Below are positions 33,979 through 48,342 of a DNA stretch of 64,000 nucleotides, piece by piece. The notes under the pieces were generated by a model. It did not search any database. It saw only the letters and a program-made list of their open reading frames with translations, and had not been told where the DNA came from. Position 1 is the first letter of the stretch; every line of letters starts with the position of its first letter. The DNA is taken from positions 85,312,001 through 85,376,000 of the forward strand of contig OZ024742.1 of NCBI GenBank assembly GCA_964016885.1, read 5' to 3'. A program made the translations under genes and the position numbers. Origin of the DNA: Eledone cirrhosa. Lineage: Eukaryota.

Positions 33979-36605
33979 CTCTTTGAGTCTCAGTCATTGA
34001 TGTTAGTTAACTGGAAAGTTTGTTGAAATGAATATCAAGCCACTACCTGCAGATATTTAAGACGTATCGGAGGGTTCTTGCTGTTCCAAGCAAGCATGCC
34101 TTTTGAAGCGTTCCAAAAAGCGTGAAGGGGCCAATTTTCTTTAACCATCCCTGGAAACTTTTTGAGATAGTCCCTAGTGCGCTTATGACAATCGGGATCA
34201 CTTTGACTTCATGGCAGTTCCAAATCCTTTTTACCTCTCCCTTTAAGTCCTGGTATCGGTTAATTTTCTCCCTCTCCTTCTATTGCACTCTCGTGTCGAA
34301 TGGGCACGATCTTTTTTCTTTGTCCACAACCACCAGGTCAGGTCTATTGTGTTCCAATTTCTTGTCCGTCTGTATCCTAAAATTCCACAGTACCTTCACC
34401 TGATCGTTTTCTATCACCGACTCTGCCTTATGCTCATACCACTTCTCAGAATGTGGTAAATTGTTTACTTTGCATAGGTGCCAGTGGATCACCCTACCCA
34501 TCACATCATGTCTCCAGCCCTTATAGTGAGTCTGGGCTAAGTGTTTACACTCGGATACAATGTGAGCCATAGTCTCCTCTCTCTCTCCACAGATCCTGCA
34601 CAGTGGGCTAGCCTCCTCCTTGTAGATATGGTGTTTCAACCACTTCGTTTTGAGGATCTGCTCCTGCGCAGCCATTAACATTCCTTCTGTAGCCTTTTTA
34701 ACGTCTCCTCTTTTCAACCAGTTCCATGTCTGTGGATCTCTAAATTCAGTTTTTTCAAAGAAGGTAATATGAAGGGATTTTTCCTGAAGGCTGCTCTTTC
34801 TCCTTGATGTTATTTCCTCCTTGGACATCCCCTGGCCTATTGTCCCCTCCTTCAGTACAGTTCTGAGCATTGGCTCCTTACTATCAGTCACGTAATTGTG
34901 TAGGTTGTTTTCTCCATCTGAACACAGTCCTCTATGCTGATAAGACCTCTTCCACCTTCAGATCTCCTTAAGTAGAGTCTATCGACATCACTCCTCTTGT
35001 GGAACATGTTGTAGATAGTCAATAGCTTGCTATTCTTCCTATCCATTTCTTTCTGTTCAGCAACATTCCATCTCAGAATTCCCGCACTGTACCTAATAAT
35101 AGACACAGCTCGGGAATTTACTGCACTTATGGCATTCCTACTGTTCAGATGTGACTTTAATATGCTCCTTACTCTCCGAATGTATTAAGTTCTTATGAAT
35201 TCCTTCATTTGTTTGTTCTTGATGTCATCAGCCTCGAGAACGCCCAAATACTTGTATCCTACTTCAGAGTCAATTTCCTTTATCATTTCACCTGTTGGTA
35301 CCTGGATTCCGTTACTTCTGCTCAACTTACCCCTCTTCATCACAATGACTCCACACTTACTAATACCAAATTGCATACATATATCATTGCTGAAAATACG
35401 GACAGTGTCAACAAGCACATCCAACTTCATCTCACTCTTCCCGAAGAGCTTAAGATCGTCCATGAAAAGGAGGTGATTGATGGTAAGCCCTCCCTTTCCC
35501 AACCTGTATCCTGCTCTCAGTACACTGGTCAGGGGCATCAGGGCAAGGACAAACAACAGAGGGGACAGACTCTCTCCCTGGAAGATACCTCTCTTGATCT
35601 TCACGCTTCCCAAGGATTCTCCAGTTGATGTTAACTCTGTTTCCCAGGACTTCATACTTTTGCCCAACAACTGTCTGATGTTATCCGACACCTTGAAGAT
35701 CTCCAGGATTTGGCGATCCAAGAATGAGGCACCATGTCAAATGCCTTTTTGTAGTCTATCCATCCCATGGCAAGACCAGTGTGTCTCCTCTTGCAATTCC
35801 TCATTACCATCTTATAAATAAGTAAATGGTCCTTTGTACCACGTGACTTCTTTCGGCATCCTTTCTGTTCGTCCGGTAACAAGTTGTTTGTGTAGAGGTG
35901 ATGGTAGATTTCCTCAGACATAATGCTTGTCAACAGTTTCCAGTTTACGGACAGACGTGTGATAGGTCTATAGTCGGTAACATCATTACCCTTGATTCGG
36001 TCTTTCATTATCAGAACTGTGGTACCTTTTGTCAACCACTCTGGTACCTCACCTGACATCAAGCATTCATTGAACATGGTTGTCAGTTTCGGGTGGAGGG
36101 ATGTTATATTTTTAATCCAATACCCCTGCACACCATCTGGGCCTGGTGATTTCCAGTTGGTTAGTTTTTTGGCCTGCCCCTTAACAGTTTCAACTGTGAT
36201 ACTCAAATCAGTTTGTTGTTGTGCCTGTTCACTGATCTCCTTCTGTACTGTCTCAATCTACACTGCCTGGTCATTATGTTTAACATCCTGCTCCCATATT
36301 CCTCTCCAGAATGTTTTAGTTTGTTCCGCATCAGGGATCAAGTCGTTGCCTCTTTCTTTCCCTTCAAGCTGTCCAAACAGCATCATCTGGTTGTTGTCGA
36401 ACATGCGGTTCTGTCTATACTGACTGACTCTGTTCTCGTATTGCCTGATTTTTGCACTCTTTGCTACAATGCGTTGTTCAGTTCCTCTCTGATCATATTT
36501 AGCTTTTTCCTCCTAGTTTTGTACTTTATTTCCAGTCTATTTTTAGTGTCTATGTTTTTTAGTGTCTATGTCTTTTAGTGTCCCATTCAGTAGGGACTCA
36601 AGCTT
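33979..36605 (-). mobile_element. Older family-A R4/Dong copy, 5'-truncated and degraded
   Basis: ORF fragments 35652-36206, 35185-35721, 34888-35106 and 34280-34891 are collinear with the A protein. (ATT)n flanks. Confidence 0.9.
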
Positions 36606-36620
36606 ATTATTATTATTATT

Positions 36621-39600
36621 AGGGTAGATACGTACATGGTGGATAGAATGTTATGGAATTGCTCCCGTACGTTTTTGATTTTTTACATAATTAAAACAAT
36701 TGTGATAGAATAATTCTTATTACAAATGGGACATAAGATACCAGTCTTTACTCTCAGGGAGTGACACACATAAAATTATGGCATAGAGCTCCAATATTTC
36801 ATACTTAATTTTGTATCAGAAATGTTATAGTAAAACAAAAATGTTTACAAATGGAAGAAAACAACACCCAAATAAATTCACCACCGCCGCCGCCGCCACC
36901 ACCACCACTACCACAAGAGAATTAGCTAGATACAACTAGAACAACAGTATCACAACACCATCACTACAGTATTACTATCGCATCACCAGCGTCACCATTG
37001 CATCATCGCTACCATCACTATTCCCCCACTACCTCCTGTTAAGAGAGGGATGGTAATAGTGTCACGACACATGACTAGAAGCGAGGAAATCACCAAAAGA
37101 TATAAAAATATATAAATAGACAGATTTAGTGATCTAGTGAAACAGCTAACAACAACAACAACCCCAAAATGATTATTGTTGTTGTATCTCTAAACTCTCT
37201 CAAAATGTTTAGTTTAAACGATGTCAAATGTAAACTATAATATAATAATAATTATTGTTTCTACTAATAATAATGATTTCTTTATTGGCCACAAGGGCTG
37301 ACATCAAGAAAAACATTACAGACGCAGAGGACGGCACAGGACGGTACGATGTGAGTTTTGTGCGCGTAAATATTTTTATTATTTATATAAGAAAAGAAAA
37401 AAAAGGACATAGAAACATATATATATATATATAAACAATAAAAATGAAAATGGAAACAATGAAAATTCACCAATAGTGGGGAAACCTCCGAGGTTTACTC
37501 CTGGGGAAAACCACATAAAAGACCACGGCCACCCTGACCACCAGGGCAAGCGCCCTCTCTCAATTTTTCTATTTCTCAAACTACAGACGTATATTCAGAG
37601 TGGTCCCGTTCACTCGGTCCATTCTCGCTACATTCACCCACCTTTTAACAAACTTGCTAGAAAGCACCACTTGCCTCTCCACCCTGATTTTCCTCTTCAA
37701 GTGAAACTTGAAAAAGTTAATTAGGGATTCGCCGAAGAGGAAAGTGTCTGTCTTTAACCCTTTTAACCTTGTCCACCACACAATCTGTTTCGCCATGGCC
37801 ACCAGGCAGATGATAACCGCCTGTCCTTCCTCCTCGAAGTAAGACGGCGAGACCATCTGCCCAATGGACTCAGTCGACAACCGGATCAGTCCTACACTCG
37901 ACAGCAACTGTTCGACATAGCTCCACAAGTTAGCAATGCGCGGGCACTGAACGAGTGCGTGCATGACGGTTTCGTCGCACTGCGCGCATCTAGGATAGGC
38001 TCGTCTGATGGCACCTCCCTGCCTGTAGAGCTTATCTCGAACCGGCAGCGCTCCCCGGTAGCACTGCCAGGCCAGGGATTTTTGGAAGTTATCCATAGGC
38101 CCTTGGCTGAAAGTTCTCCGGAAGAGAGCAAACAACTGATCTTCTTCGACGCCCAGGATCTCTCCGAGAATGTCGTCGCTCTTCCCCTCCACTAGTCCTC
38201 TATAGAACGCCAAGGTGGATGTTCCACCGATACTGGTGCCCAGCTGGCAGGGGGCAGTGAGCGACTGGAGACATTCCAGTTTCCAAGCGCTATTCCAGGA
38301 CTGCAGCTCCGTCAAGGAGACGAGCTGTGGGAAAATGTGCCTGGCGTAGGGCGACCACACCTGTTCACCGTCAAGGAAGCACCAGAGATGTCGCAGCCTC
38401 AGCGCATGTTTGTCCATCATCAGCCATGACATGCACAGTCCTCCAGGCAACGGGTGTTGACAACAGATGGATCGTCTAATATGGGAGCGCGTCCCTTCCA
38501 CAAAAAGTGGAAGAGGAGCCGCTCCATTTTGGTGAGAGTTGTGCTGGAGCAAGGGACGACGGTGAGGCGGTAGCAGATGACGGATGCGGTGTACGCATTC
38601 GCCACCTCCGCCCGGCCTTTCAGGGACAGCTTTCTCTCGGCCCGTTTCTGGGTGAGGGAGGCCACCCTGCTTGTCACCTCGTTCCAGTTTTTCTCCATCT
38701 GGAGGTCCGGTCTAAACCAGTCCTGAGCAATTTAACCAGCCCGTCCGTCCAACGTCCCACGACGCTGTCGGACGGCATGTACTTGCCTCTCGAGGTGCCG
38801 AGCTGCAAGCCCACCGACTTTTCCTGGTTTATCATTGCTCCTGTCACCGCTTGGTATTCCTTGAGAGCGGTGCCGAGCATCTGGAAGTGCCTGGTGCTCG
38901 AAATCACCACGGTGACGTGTCGGCGTAAGCCGACTCATACTTCCCGCATCCTACTTCGCGTGGGACACCCCTCATTGGCCCCAGTTTGTGCAGTAACGGC
39001 TCGAGAGCCAATACGTACAAGAGGGACGAGAGCGGACAACCTTGGCCGACTGAGCGCATGATGATGAACGGCTGCGACAGATGACCATTCACCTTCACAG
39101 CTGAGCAGATGTCGCTGTACATTGCTGCGATCCAACCCCTGAAAACGGTGTCGAAACCGGCTGCCTCGAGGACCGCCGCCATGTACCGATGGTCGACCCT
39201 ATCGAATGCTTTGGATTGATCCAAGTTGATCAGTGCCCCACCCGTGCCAGGTTCCTTAACCACCCTCTCTATGAGGTATCGCATGAGGTGGAGCTTGTCG
39301 TGTATGGATCTGTCCGGAATGGCGCATGTCTGCGCCTCTCCCACCAGACCCTTGACGACAAGCGCCAACCTCGTTGCTAACACCTTGACCAAAATCTTGA
39401 ACTCTGCGTTTAGCAGGGTTATGGGCCTGAAATTATCGATAAGATCCCCCTTGTTCGGGTCTTTTCTTAGCAGCGCCACTGCTTCCCGACTCACAAAACT
39501 GGGAATGCTCCCGTTCTGTTGCCAGTTGCAGTAGACGTCTGCCAACAGGTCACCGAACATGTCTGGCATAAATGCAAAAAGCTCGTAGGGCAGACCATCC

Positions 39601-42600
39601 AAACCTGGCGATTTACCTCTTGAGCAGTTAGCCATCGCTTCCCGTATTTTACCGGCTGTTATTGGCTTTTCGCACTACTGTGCTGCGGTCGTCGAGAACC
39701 GAGGCAGTCCGTCGAGGTATGTACTGAAGTCCATACCCCGATCCCGGCCGCCGCTGCTCCCGAACAGTTCAGCAAAGTGCTGCTGAAAAGCTTCACACAT
39801 CCGCTCGGGTTCGAGCATCACGCACCTGTTTTGGTCAGACAAAGACCGAATTGTGGCTGTGTTCCCACGTCGCGCCTCTGCCACCCGGCTTTTGGACGGC
39901 TTTTGTCTCCTCGTGTTTCAGAGCACGCGCTCTAGCTCTGACAACGCAGCCTCCGTGTTTTGCGTTGAAGAATTGGTCGAGTGCCAATCTCGCCGCAAGT
40001 ACGATGCCTGTCCTAAACGCCTCTTCTAGCTATCTGACTAGCTCTCCCTCTACTCTATTTTCCTCCATCACTACTCTGTTAAACCTAATCGACTCTACTT
40101 TAATTGCCCTTTTCAGGGCGAACCACCACCTGTTGTTGACGACAGCTACCGTCAACGCCCGCTAAACTAATACGCTAATCCGGTCTCTGTAGGCTTTGCG
40201 CGCCAGGAAAGACGCGTTCAGCTTCCAGTAACCAGGCTCTTGTCTATGAAGTCTGTCTATGTCGATCTCACAGATCACACATTTGTGGTCTGTGTAGTCG
40301 ACTATTTTAAATTGTGGACAACTTATACTAGCCTTATCTAGTTCTCTGCAGAATACCCTATCTAGATAGGATCTGGATGACCCAATACGGTTTGTCCATG
40401 TCCACATTGGCACATACTGGTTATCCAGTCGATACCTGTCAGACAGTTCAAAACGTCTGAGCATGTTGGTGAGACTCTTGCACATACCTCGCCTATCCAC
40501 TAGCCCCATACAATCCCAGCATGCATCCAAGATACCGTTCCAGTCTCCCACTAACACTAAAGAGCGGGACGTTCCAATAAAGGTCTCTAGACGTCTGAAG
40601 AAATCTGGCCGTCCTGTCCCTGCTGGGGCGTAGACGGCTACTAGCCTGAAAACATTGCCTTCGCTGCCGGTCACGTCCAGCACCACCGACCAACCTTCTG
40701 GGTCTAGGAAGATGGCCCGTATGGCGAGATCCAAGCCTTTCCGAAAAAGAACGGCAACCCCTCCCCCGATCCTGGATGGCTGGAAGATGCGTATACATCG
40801 TAGGAGCCGAAGATCGGTGCGAAGGCTTGTGCTTCGGAGATTCTGGTCTCACTGATGGCCACCACATCTATGTTTAGTGACCTGAGGTCGTTGAGCAGGT
40901 GACCCTGCTTTCAAGATGACTCCAGGCCACGTGCATTTATACTGCCTATCCTGAGTACGGCCATGTTGGATGAGAAACGGGGCAAGTGAGAAAGGGTCAC
41001 TTACCTTGATCGTGTGGTGAACCGTCCCTTTCTCTAGTCATGGGTGTTTCCAAGAGGATGTCAGTGTATATCGCCTTGGTAACCGACCCTCTGGAGTCTC
41101 CAACTGCGTTGGGGAATTTTTGTTTTAAAGGTTTGTATTGTTCTATTGAGATTTCAATGATGCTTATGTTTGTCGGGAGAGTTCTTGGTGTTGGTGGGGT
41201 GTAGTAGTTTTTTTTTGTGATATCTGTGTGCTGCTTTATATAATGTATGAGTTCTTTTTTTGCCATGTTTATGGCTGTGTACTTTTTTGGCGGAAAGGTG
41301 ATTTTGTTGGGGTTTTCTTACCGTTGCTATTTGGTGTGTGTGTCTTGTGTTTGCCTTGTTGTTTTTGGTGATGGTGGTAGTGGAGTAGTTGTTGTTGTCA
41401 GTGGTGCTTGTGGTGGTGATGGTGGTGGTGTTGCTGCAAGTTTCCTTGCTGCCTTTACCCCTCTTTGTATGCCTTCGCTTTTGGAGGGTGAATCTAAGGG
41501 TTTTTTTGTTTTTTGTTTTTTTGTGGCAGACCGTTTGCCACTTCACTTCCACCTCAAACTCCATGTCGGATTCTGTGGTTTCTGGAAGGGGTATGTGCTC
41601 CACGGCTGTTGGTCGTGGTAGGGAGCCCTCTTCGGCAATTTTGTTGCTGGTGTAGCTACTTCAAATGTAGCTATTGGTGTTGCCGCCACGGATGATACTG
41701 CTTTAGTTGTCCGTGGTCTTGGTACGAGTCCTACAGACGTTGCCCTCCTACTCACCGTGGAAGGGGCTTCTGCGTTTGTTGCCTGCCCTGCTGTTGGTAG
41801 CAGCGGACCAGGTATTGGAAGGAGATGGGCCTTCTTCTTCGCTGTCTTCTGCAGGCAAAAGGCCCTGAGGTGACCCTTCGACCCACAGAGATAACATTTT
41901 GGCCGTCTTTCTTCTACACTTATAGGGAGTTGGAGTCCTTCCTCGATGTCTATGATATCGGGGATAGCGTTGATACATTCAGGGTCACTTTGTATAAGCA
42001 TTTGCATGCCTATACCTGACCAGTTCTCCCTCCCTATGTTTTCTACTTGCAGCATGGTCGTCCTGTTCTCGATTCCCGCAAGGACAGATGCGGCCAGCCA
42101 AGGTATGGGCACGTCGGGTGGGACCTGGGTCACTTTGACCCTCACAATTTTCTGCCCGCAGTAGGAGGGCACCAAGACTATCTCCTCGCTCTTTAGGGTT
42201 TCCAAAGTGTGAGCCTTTGCTTCCTGGCGGGTGGCGATAAGTACCTCTACTGTGGCGTAATTTCTGCCTCGGGTGATGTGGGTTTTGCGTGCCTAGACGC
42301 ACCCCAAGGTCTTTTGGATTTGAGCCTCCATGGGTCTCTCCACCCGATGTGACATTTTGCTTACGGTGCGGTAAGTCAACGTCCGTAGTTGCAGGTCCTT
42401 GAAAAAATCGGGTGGAGGTTTCAGGGAGACTCTATTGGCGCTTCTTGTCACCATGGCCCTTGCGACTGCCATCTACTCCTCTGTGACTAACACTCTCTCG
42501 ATATTTCGGGCGACACCTGCAAAAGAAGTGGTCCCTTTTTCAGCAGCACCACCATTGTTGCCGCTATTGGTCTTACTGGTGGTGCTGAGATCGCTATTAT

Positions 42601-45376
42601 AGGTATCGGTGTCATTGTTGTTCTTGTTGTTTTCGTTGATACTGTTGCTGTTGTTCCGGTTATTGTGGCTGTTGTTATTATTGTTGTTTTTGTTGATACT
42701 GTTCCTACTATTATTGTTGTTGTGGCTGTTGTTATTGTTATTGTTATTGTCGTTCTCGACCTTACCGCTGTTATTTTTGTTATTGTCGTTCTCGGCTTTA
42801 CCGCTGTTATTTTTGGTGCTATTTTTGGTGTTGTTTGTGTTAGAAATATTTGTTAATTTTAAATCTGTAACAATCTTTTTCTATGTAATATCTTCGTTTA
42901 TATTTACCTCCGCTGGAACGCTGTCTTGTTGACATGATGATAAATTCTCCCTCTCTCTGTGTTAATGACAGCGCTCTCTCTCTTTCTTGTGTTATCCATG
43001 TTGAAATAAAAAAAAACATATTTCACACAAATACGACACCCCGTAAAGGGGTGCCGTATTATTTACGAGTGAACCGTTGTATTAGGTGGGTCACTTCTTC
43101 TAAACTTTTATCAAATTTAAAACTTGAATAAAAGGTTTAGGATGGTTGAAAACGAGGTAAAACGTTGAAAAAAAACTGGATGCGATAAGAAGCGTGGTTT
43201 CACCAACAATAATAATAATAATAATATAATAATAATAATGATAAGCAACAAGTCGAAGAATTACAGAACTAAACACAGACAAAAACAATTGCAACAACAG
43301 AAGAAAAACAAATTTCACAAGTTTTGAACGCAATAACCCCTACTTCTCTCGTAGCTAAAACCAAAAATAGCAGCAGCAGCAACAACAACAGTAGTAACCA
43401 ATGTTACTGGCCTTGAAAAACAAAAAGGTAAAAAGAAAAAGAATCAAAGTCAGACATTCAAATATTACATTGAAACTTATGTTTATTTTTTAAAGTGTTT
43501 ATCTATTTGATTGTTTATTTATGTTCGTCTACAGCGCGATGGTGCCACGCTAAAATCACTGGGGGTGATGAAATCACCGGTGGTTATGTCACCTTTCATT
43601 CACCAATCCTCGATATGAGTGTTTAAATGTCGAACCTAAACAATTCGAATAACGGTGAAGAGGAGACTGGAACGCCATGTAAAAGACTCTCACCCAGCAA
43701 GTGCTCGCTGGCCCAGCAGCAGGGACCTGGCTGTCATCCAAATAAAGCTGGTGTTGGAGGAAGGAGAAGGAAAGGGACAAGAACCAACTAGACGAAAGAA
43801 TTGAATAGAACTGTCATTGAATGTTACCTGAAGAGTAACTACATGGGAAAAGGCTTTAGGAAACGGATGCATAACATCTGGAAGGAAATTGGTCTATTTA
43901 AATTAGCTGAACAAAAATTGGCCGGGCAGGCTCGGGGAATAAGAACTCATGGATGGATAAGCGAGTTTGGAATTGGAGGAACTGAACAGAGAGACTAAGT
44001 TGGAAATGGAGAGTGGAGTATGTCAGGCAAACGAGCCAGTGGGAAATGAAGGTGAAGAGGTTAAGATACCTGAAAAAGCATCCGAAGCAGACAGTGATCT
44101 GAATGTTGGAATAAATAACATCTGGAACAAAGATACAGCCATTGAGGAAATGAATGCTGATGTGGTAGGACAAGATTTGGTTGATATCCTGAACTTAGTG
44201 GTAGATGAAATGAACAATGATAGGGGAAAACTTATCAACCTAAGATTTGTAGACAGGAAAACATTAAAATAATCAACAGCTAAAATAATTAAAGTCATCC
44301 CATACCTTGAGGCAACAATATCCTCAAAGCAACAGCAAATGCGGTGAGGAAATTACTTCGCATAAAAACGAGAGGAAACAACAAATAAGAAAGACCAGGA
44401 CCTTGGTGGAAGAAACGACTGAATGGTCAATTCAAGGAAATAAGTAGACATTGGAAAGCTTGAGTCGCTACTTAATGGGACATTACAAAACATAGACAGT
44501 AAAAATAGATTGGAAATAAAGTACAAAACTAGGAGGAAAAAGCTAAATATTATCATAGAGGAACTGAAGCAACGCGTTGTAGCAAAAAGTGCAAAGATTA
44601 GGCAGTATGAGAGCAGAGTCAGTCAGTATAGACAGAACCGACCGTTTGACAACAGCCAGAAGATGTTTGGACAGCTTGAAGGGAAAGAATGAGGCAACGA
44701 CATGATCCCTGAGGCGGAACAGAATAAAACATTCTGGAGAGGAATATGGGAACAGGATGTTGAACATAATCATCAGGCAGTGTGGATTGAGACAGTACAA
44801 AAGTAGATTCGAGAACAAGCACACCAACAAAATGATTTGAGTATCACAGTTGAAACTCTTAAAGGGCAGGCCAAAAAACTAACCAACTGGAAATCACCAG
44901 GCCCAGATGGTGTGCAGGGTATTGGATTAAATATATAACACCCCTTCACCCGAAACTGACAACCATGTTCAATGACTGCTTGATATCGGGTGAGGCACCA
45001 GAGTTGTTGACAAAAGGTACCATAGTTCTGGTAATGAATGAGCGAATCACGGGTAATGATGTTACCAACTATAGACCTATCACATGTCTGTCCGTAATGT
45101 GGAAACTGTTAACAAGCATTGTGTCTGAGGAAATCTACCATCACCTCCACATAAACAACTTGTTACCGGATGAACAGAAAGGATGCCGAAAGAAGTCCCG
45201 TGGTACAAAAGACCAGTTACTTATTGATAAGATGGTCATGAGGAATTGAAAGAGGAGACACACTGGTCTTGCCATGGGATGGATAGATTACAAAAAGGCA
45301 TTCGACATAGTACCTCATTCTTACATAAACAAAAGCCTAGTGATCTTCAAGGTGCAGATAACATCAGACAGTTGTT
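36621..45376 (+). mobile_element. Older family-A R4/Dong copy, 3'-truncated, interrupted in its 5' UTR by the Tx1 element at 37275-43204
   Basis: 36621-37170 is homologous to the 5' UTR start (GCTCCCGTA.GTTTT, CTAGATACA, CACTACAGT). 43242-43659 is the UTR end. 43660-45376 is a decayed ORF up to ADNIRQL. Confidence 0.82.
37275..43204 (-). mobile_element. Full-length but degraded Tx1-clade element, family Z
   Basis: Broken ORF1 (CYLCGSKGHLRAFC) and ORF2 (GDWN, SYLDR, DHK, DQSKAFD, YAD). 3' end AATAAAGAAATC. AAT runs on both sides. Confidence 0.9.
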
Positions 45377-45384
45377 ATATATAT

Positions 45385-45800
45385 GAAGGCTAGGACCTTG
45401 GATACTTATACCCTACAAGTTGTGTTATATGCTCGTGAATGTATTAACTTGATGCTTCGGAAACTCTCAAAATTCCAGAACCACACCATAAGACTTATGA
45501 TTGGAAGCTGCTTAGTGACTGAGCGACTGTATCTGTATCAGTTGGCTGATGAACATCACCAGGCTTAGACCAATCATATCGGTTGTCAGGACAGTGTGCT
45601 TAAACTGTATGATCATATCAAAAGATCAACTTGGGGCGTAAGAAGGAAAGTTGGTTATGAAGAGAATCAGGGATCGGCAGCCAAAACGACGGCTTAGTAA
45701 TTCTAACTTATTCACTGGACATGAACTTTGGTCTTTAAACTCTACTGTTGCTGATTGAAATTAGTGGAGTAAAACGTCATGTTTCTGCGCAATCTGCAAA
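45385..45800 (+). mobile_element. Highly decayed 3' fragment of an RTE-like LINE
   Basis: TYTLQVVLYAREC...KLSKFQNHTIRLM and LKLYDHIKR resemble the RTE C-terminal motifs (LPVLLYGCE.W; LRW.GH..R). Confidence 0.45.
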
Positions 45801-48093
45801 CGGCGGTGTGTGAGTACACGCATACATTTATTCAAAGACTTAGATAAGTGCGCAGATTCAGATATGCTTATCTAGATATATTGCAAAATAAACAAAAATA
45901 TATTAATAAATGTAGTTTCTCTCCATATTTCATGTGTTTTTTTTTTATTATAGTAGGAATAGCAGTGATTATAGCCTTTCCAGGATCTCCAAGTTAGAGT
46001 ATTTACAGACCCGGGTGCTTTATCAAAAGCTATGATGTGTCTAAAGTAGCGTATGCCAGAAAGTTATTATGACTATAAAGTAATACTGATAAGCTGTTAG
46101 ATATCATAAACATGACAACTTGAGATTATGTTGCCCATGTTAAGCATATTCTCCTTAAATATTCATATATAGCTGGTTAAAATTTCAATTTTACACCGGC
46201 AATATATTTATCACAGGTATATGAACACTGTGTCGCCAAATGTTTATGAATTTTAATGATAACTATTTTAGTGATCTGCTAGAAACAACACGCCTATATC
46301 CTTGCAAACAAAATCGTGTTTACAAAGAATATGTATGTTGAAGTATTCTTAAATGAATCAGACATGAAACATAAATAGGTACGTAATAAGTTACCAGGTT
46401 ATATTTTATAAGTCAAGATTGTTTTAGTAAAATAACGTTGATGAATTAATCGTGTGATGAATTAATCGCTTTTAATATTTTTACTTTCCAATTTTTGGTT
46501 GGAGTTTTTGTGTCTGGTTTTGGATAATGTTTGATAAATAGGTTTGCTTCCTATAGGAGATTAGCAATTTTACTGGAAGATTTTATAGTGACATGTGATA
46601 GAATGTGACAGTAAAGATGAAATATTACATAAGGTTCCATTATTAATGTGATGTATTGATATTTATTTTATATGCGATTATATATTTCTTTACACGTTAG
46701 CTTTGGTGATTTTTGACTCCTCCTTATTATTTGAATGCTTAAATTCATCTCTGTTGTGTGTTGCGTTATACTTCATTGGGTCTTGCATTTTATTCGGTAG
46801 TTACTTGACGTAATACTGTTTATTAATCGAGATTATATTTTTACGTTATTATATAAGTTGTTTTTGTAAACATTTGTATATATATTCCACTTAGGTACTC
46901 CGTTTTATATATTTGAGATTGTAGAATTGTTTAATTCTACGAGATTCAGTTCTGTCTTATTAAATCGATAACCAGATAAAGGAATGAATTTTGAAACACT
47001 TAATGTCATTTGTTTCTTGTAGCTAATTGTGTACAGGAAGAGGTCATACATAAAGTGGTGTGCGATCATCATTGATACGTTGCTAATATGTGGGGACGGT
47101 ACACATTTCGATTATGTTAATTGTACTATATTTTAAAGCCTAACTGCATATGAAACGTAGTATTTCTCGGTATGTTTGTTCTTTCTCTATTTAGAAAATA
47201 CTCAGCTTTTGTAAACATATGTCAATTGACAAAAAATTCAAAAACATACGGAAGACATATAGAAACAACAAGGACCATTTAACATAAACTTCGCCTACGA
47301 AAATATGCCTTAATACGTTCACTTTCACATACCCTTAAATCTATTATATTCCGAATGCATTTCTTGTACCCTTTGTAATTCTTTTCGGACCTCCAATTAT
47401 GGGTTCCGGGTGTAGTTGTATAAACACATATATCAAATCAAATATATAGTGAGTTGACTGTATCACTTTTTAAATACATATTTTAAATTATAAATGCGAA
47501 TTAGAAATAAATAGCAATCCAGATTTCCATTCTCTGCAAACTTTTTTTAAACATGTATTATTTAACGTTAGGTAAACTATTAATAAATAACTTTCGTTGA
47601 ATTAACAACAGAGTTCTAAACCATTTTATGGAAGATTAATATATTATTGCCAAACATCAGTGGGCAACAAACGCTATTAAATTTTAATAGTTCTTAATAT
47701 GTTCTCTTTATTTAAAACACATTAAGAAATAAATATATTTCTTTTTAATTTAATAATAACATATTCAGTTGCAGTCATTTTTCATTAAGTTTCACCGAAC
47801 ATATAAATGAAATTGTATACACACACATATAAATACATTGCTTCGGTTTATTTTCTTGCCACATGTACAAAATTTTCTCATAAACTCCATAATAAATGTG
47901 TCGGCTAATTCTATATTAATTTCTACGTCAATTATCAAGTGAAACATTACATTTTATTCCCGTGATCAAAATATAATCACTCTCAAATATGTGAGAGAAA
48001 TATAAATTAAATACCATTACTACTAATAATAAAATTAATGCTGCTGCTCTTCACGTCCTCTTCCCCCTGTTACTACTACTAATAACAATAATT

Positions 48094-48280
48094 ATTTCAA
48101 TTTTGTGGCGTAATGCCAGTCATTTGAAGGGGATGAGAAAGTTGATTAAATCGACCCCAGTGCATTATTGGTGCTTTATTTTATCGACCCCGTAGGTATG
48201 AAAAACAAAGCTCAACTAGGCGGGAATTGAATTCAGAACGAAAAGGGATGATGCTGCCAATGCACCAACTTCTGACAGCC
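48094..48280 (-). mobile_element. Degraded tRNA-derived SINE, same family as 63478-63608
   Basis: Shares CCAGTGCATTA.TGGT.CTTTATTTTATCGACCCCGTA.G.ATGAAA and GGCGGGA.TTGAA.TCAGA with the 63.5-kb copy. Lies between AAT runs. Confidence 0.72.
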
Positions 48281-48288
48281 AATAAGAA

Positions 48289-48342
<54 letters not shown>

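Noticed and set aside
33979-45376. The two old R4 copies as one twin-primed (5'-inverted) insertion
   Set aside because: They overlap by roughly 300 codons and differ in sequence, so they are independent copies.
45800-48050. AT-rich unique stretch as a host exon or promoter
   Set aside because: No ORF, splice pattern or recognisable motif that can be supported.
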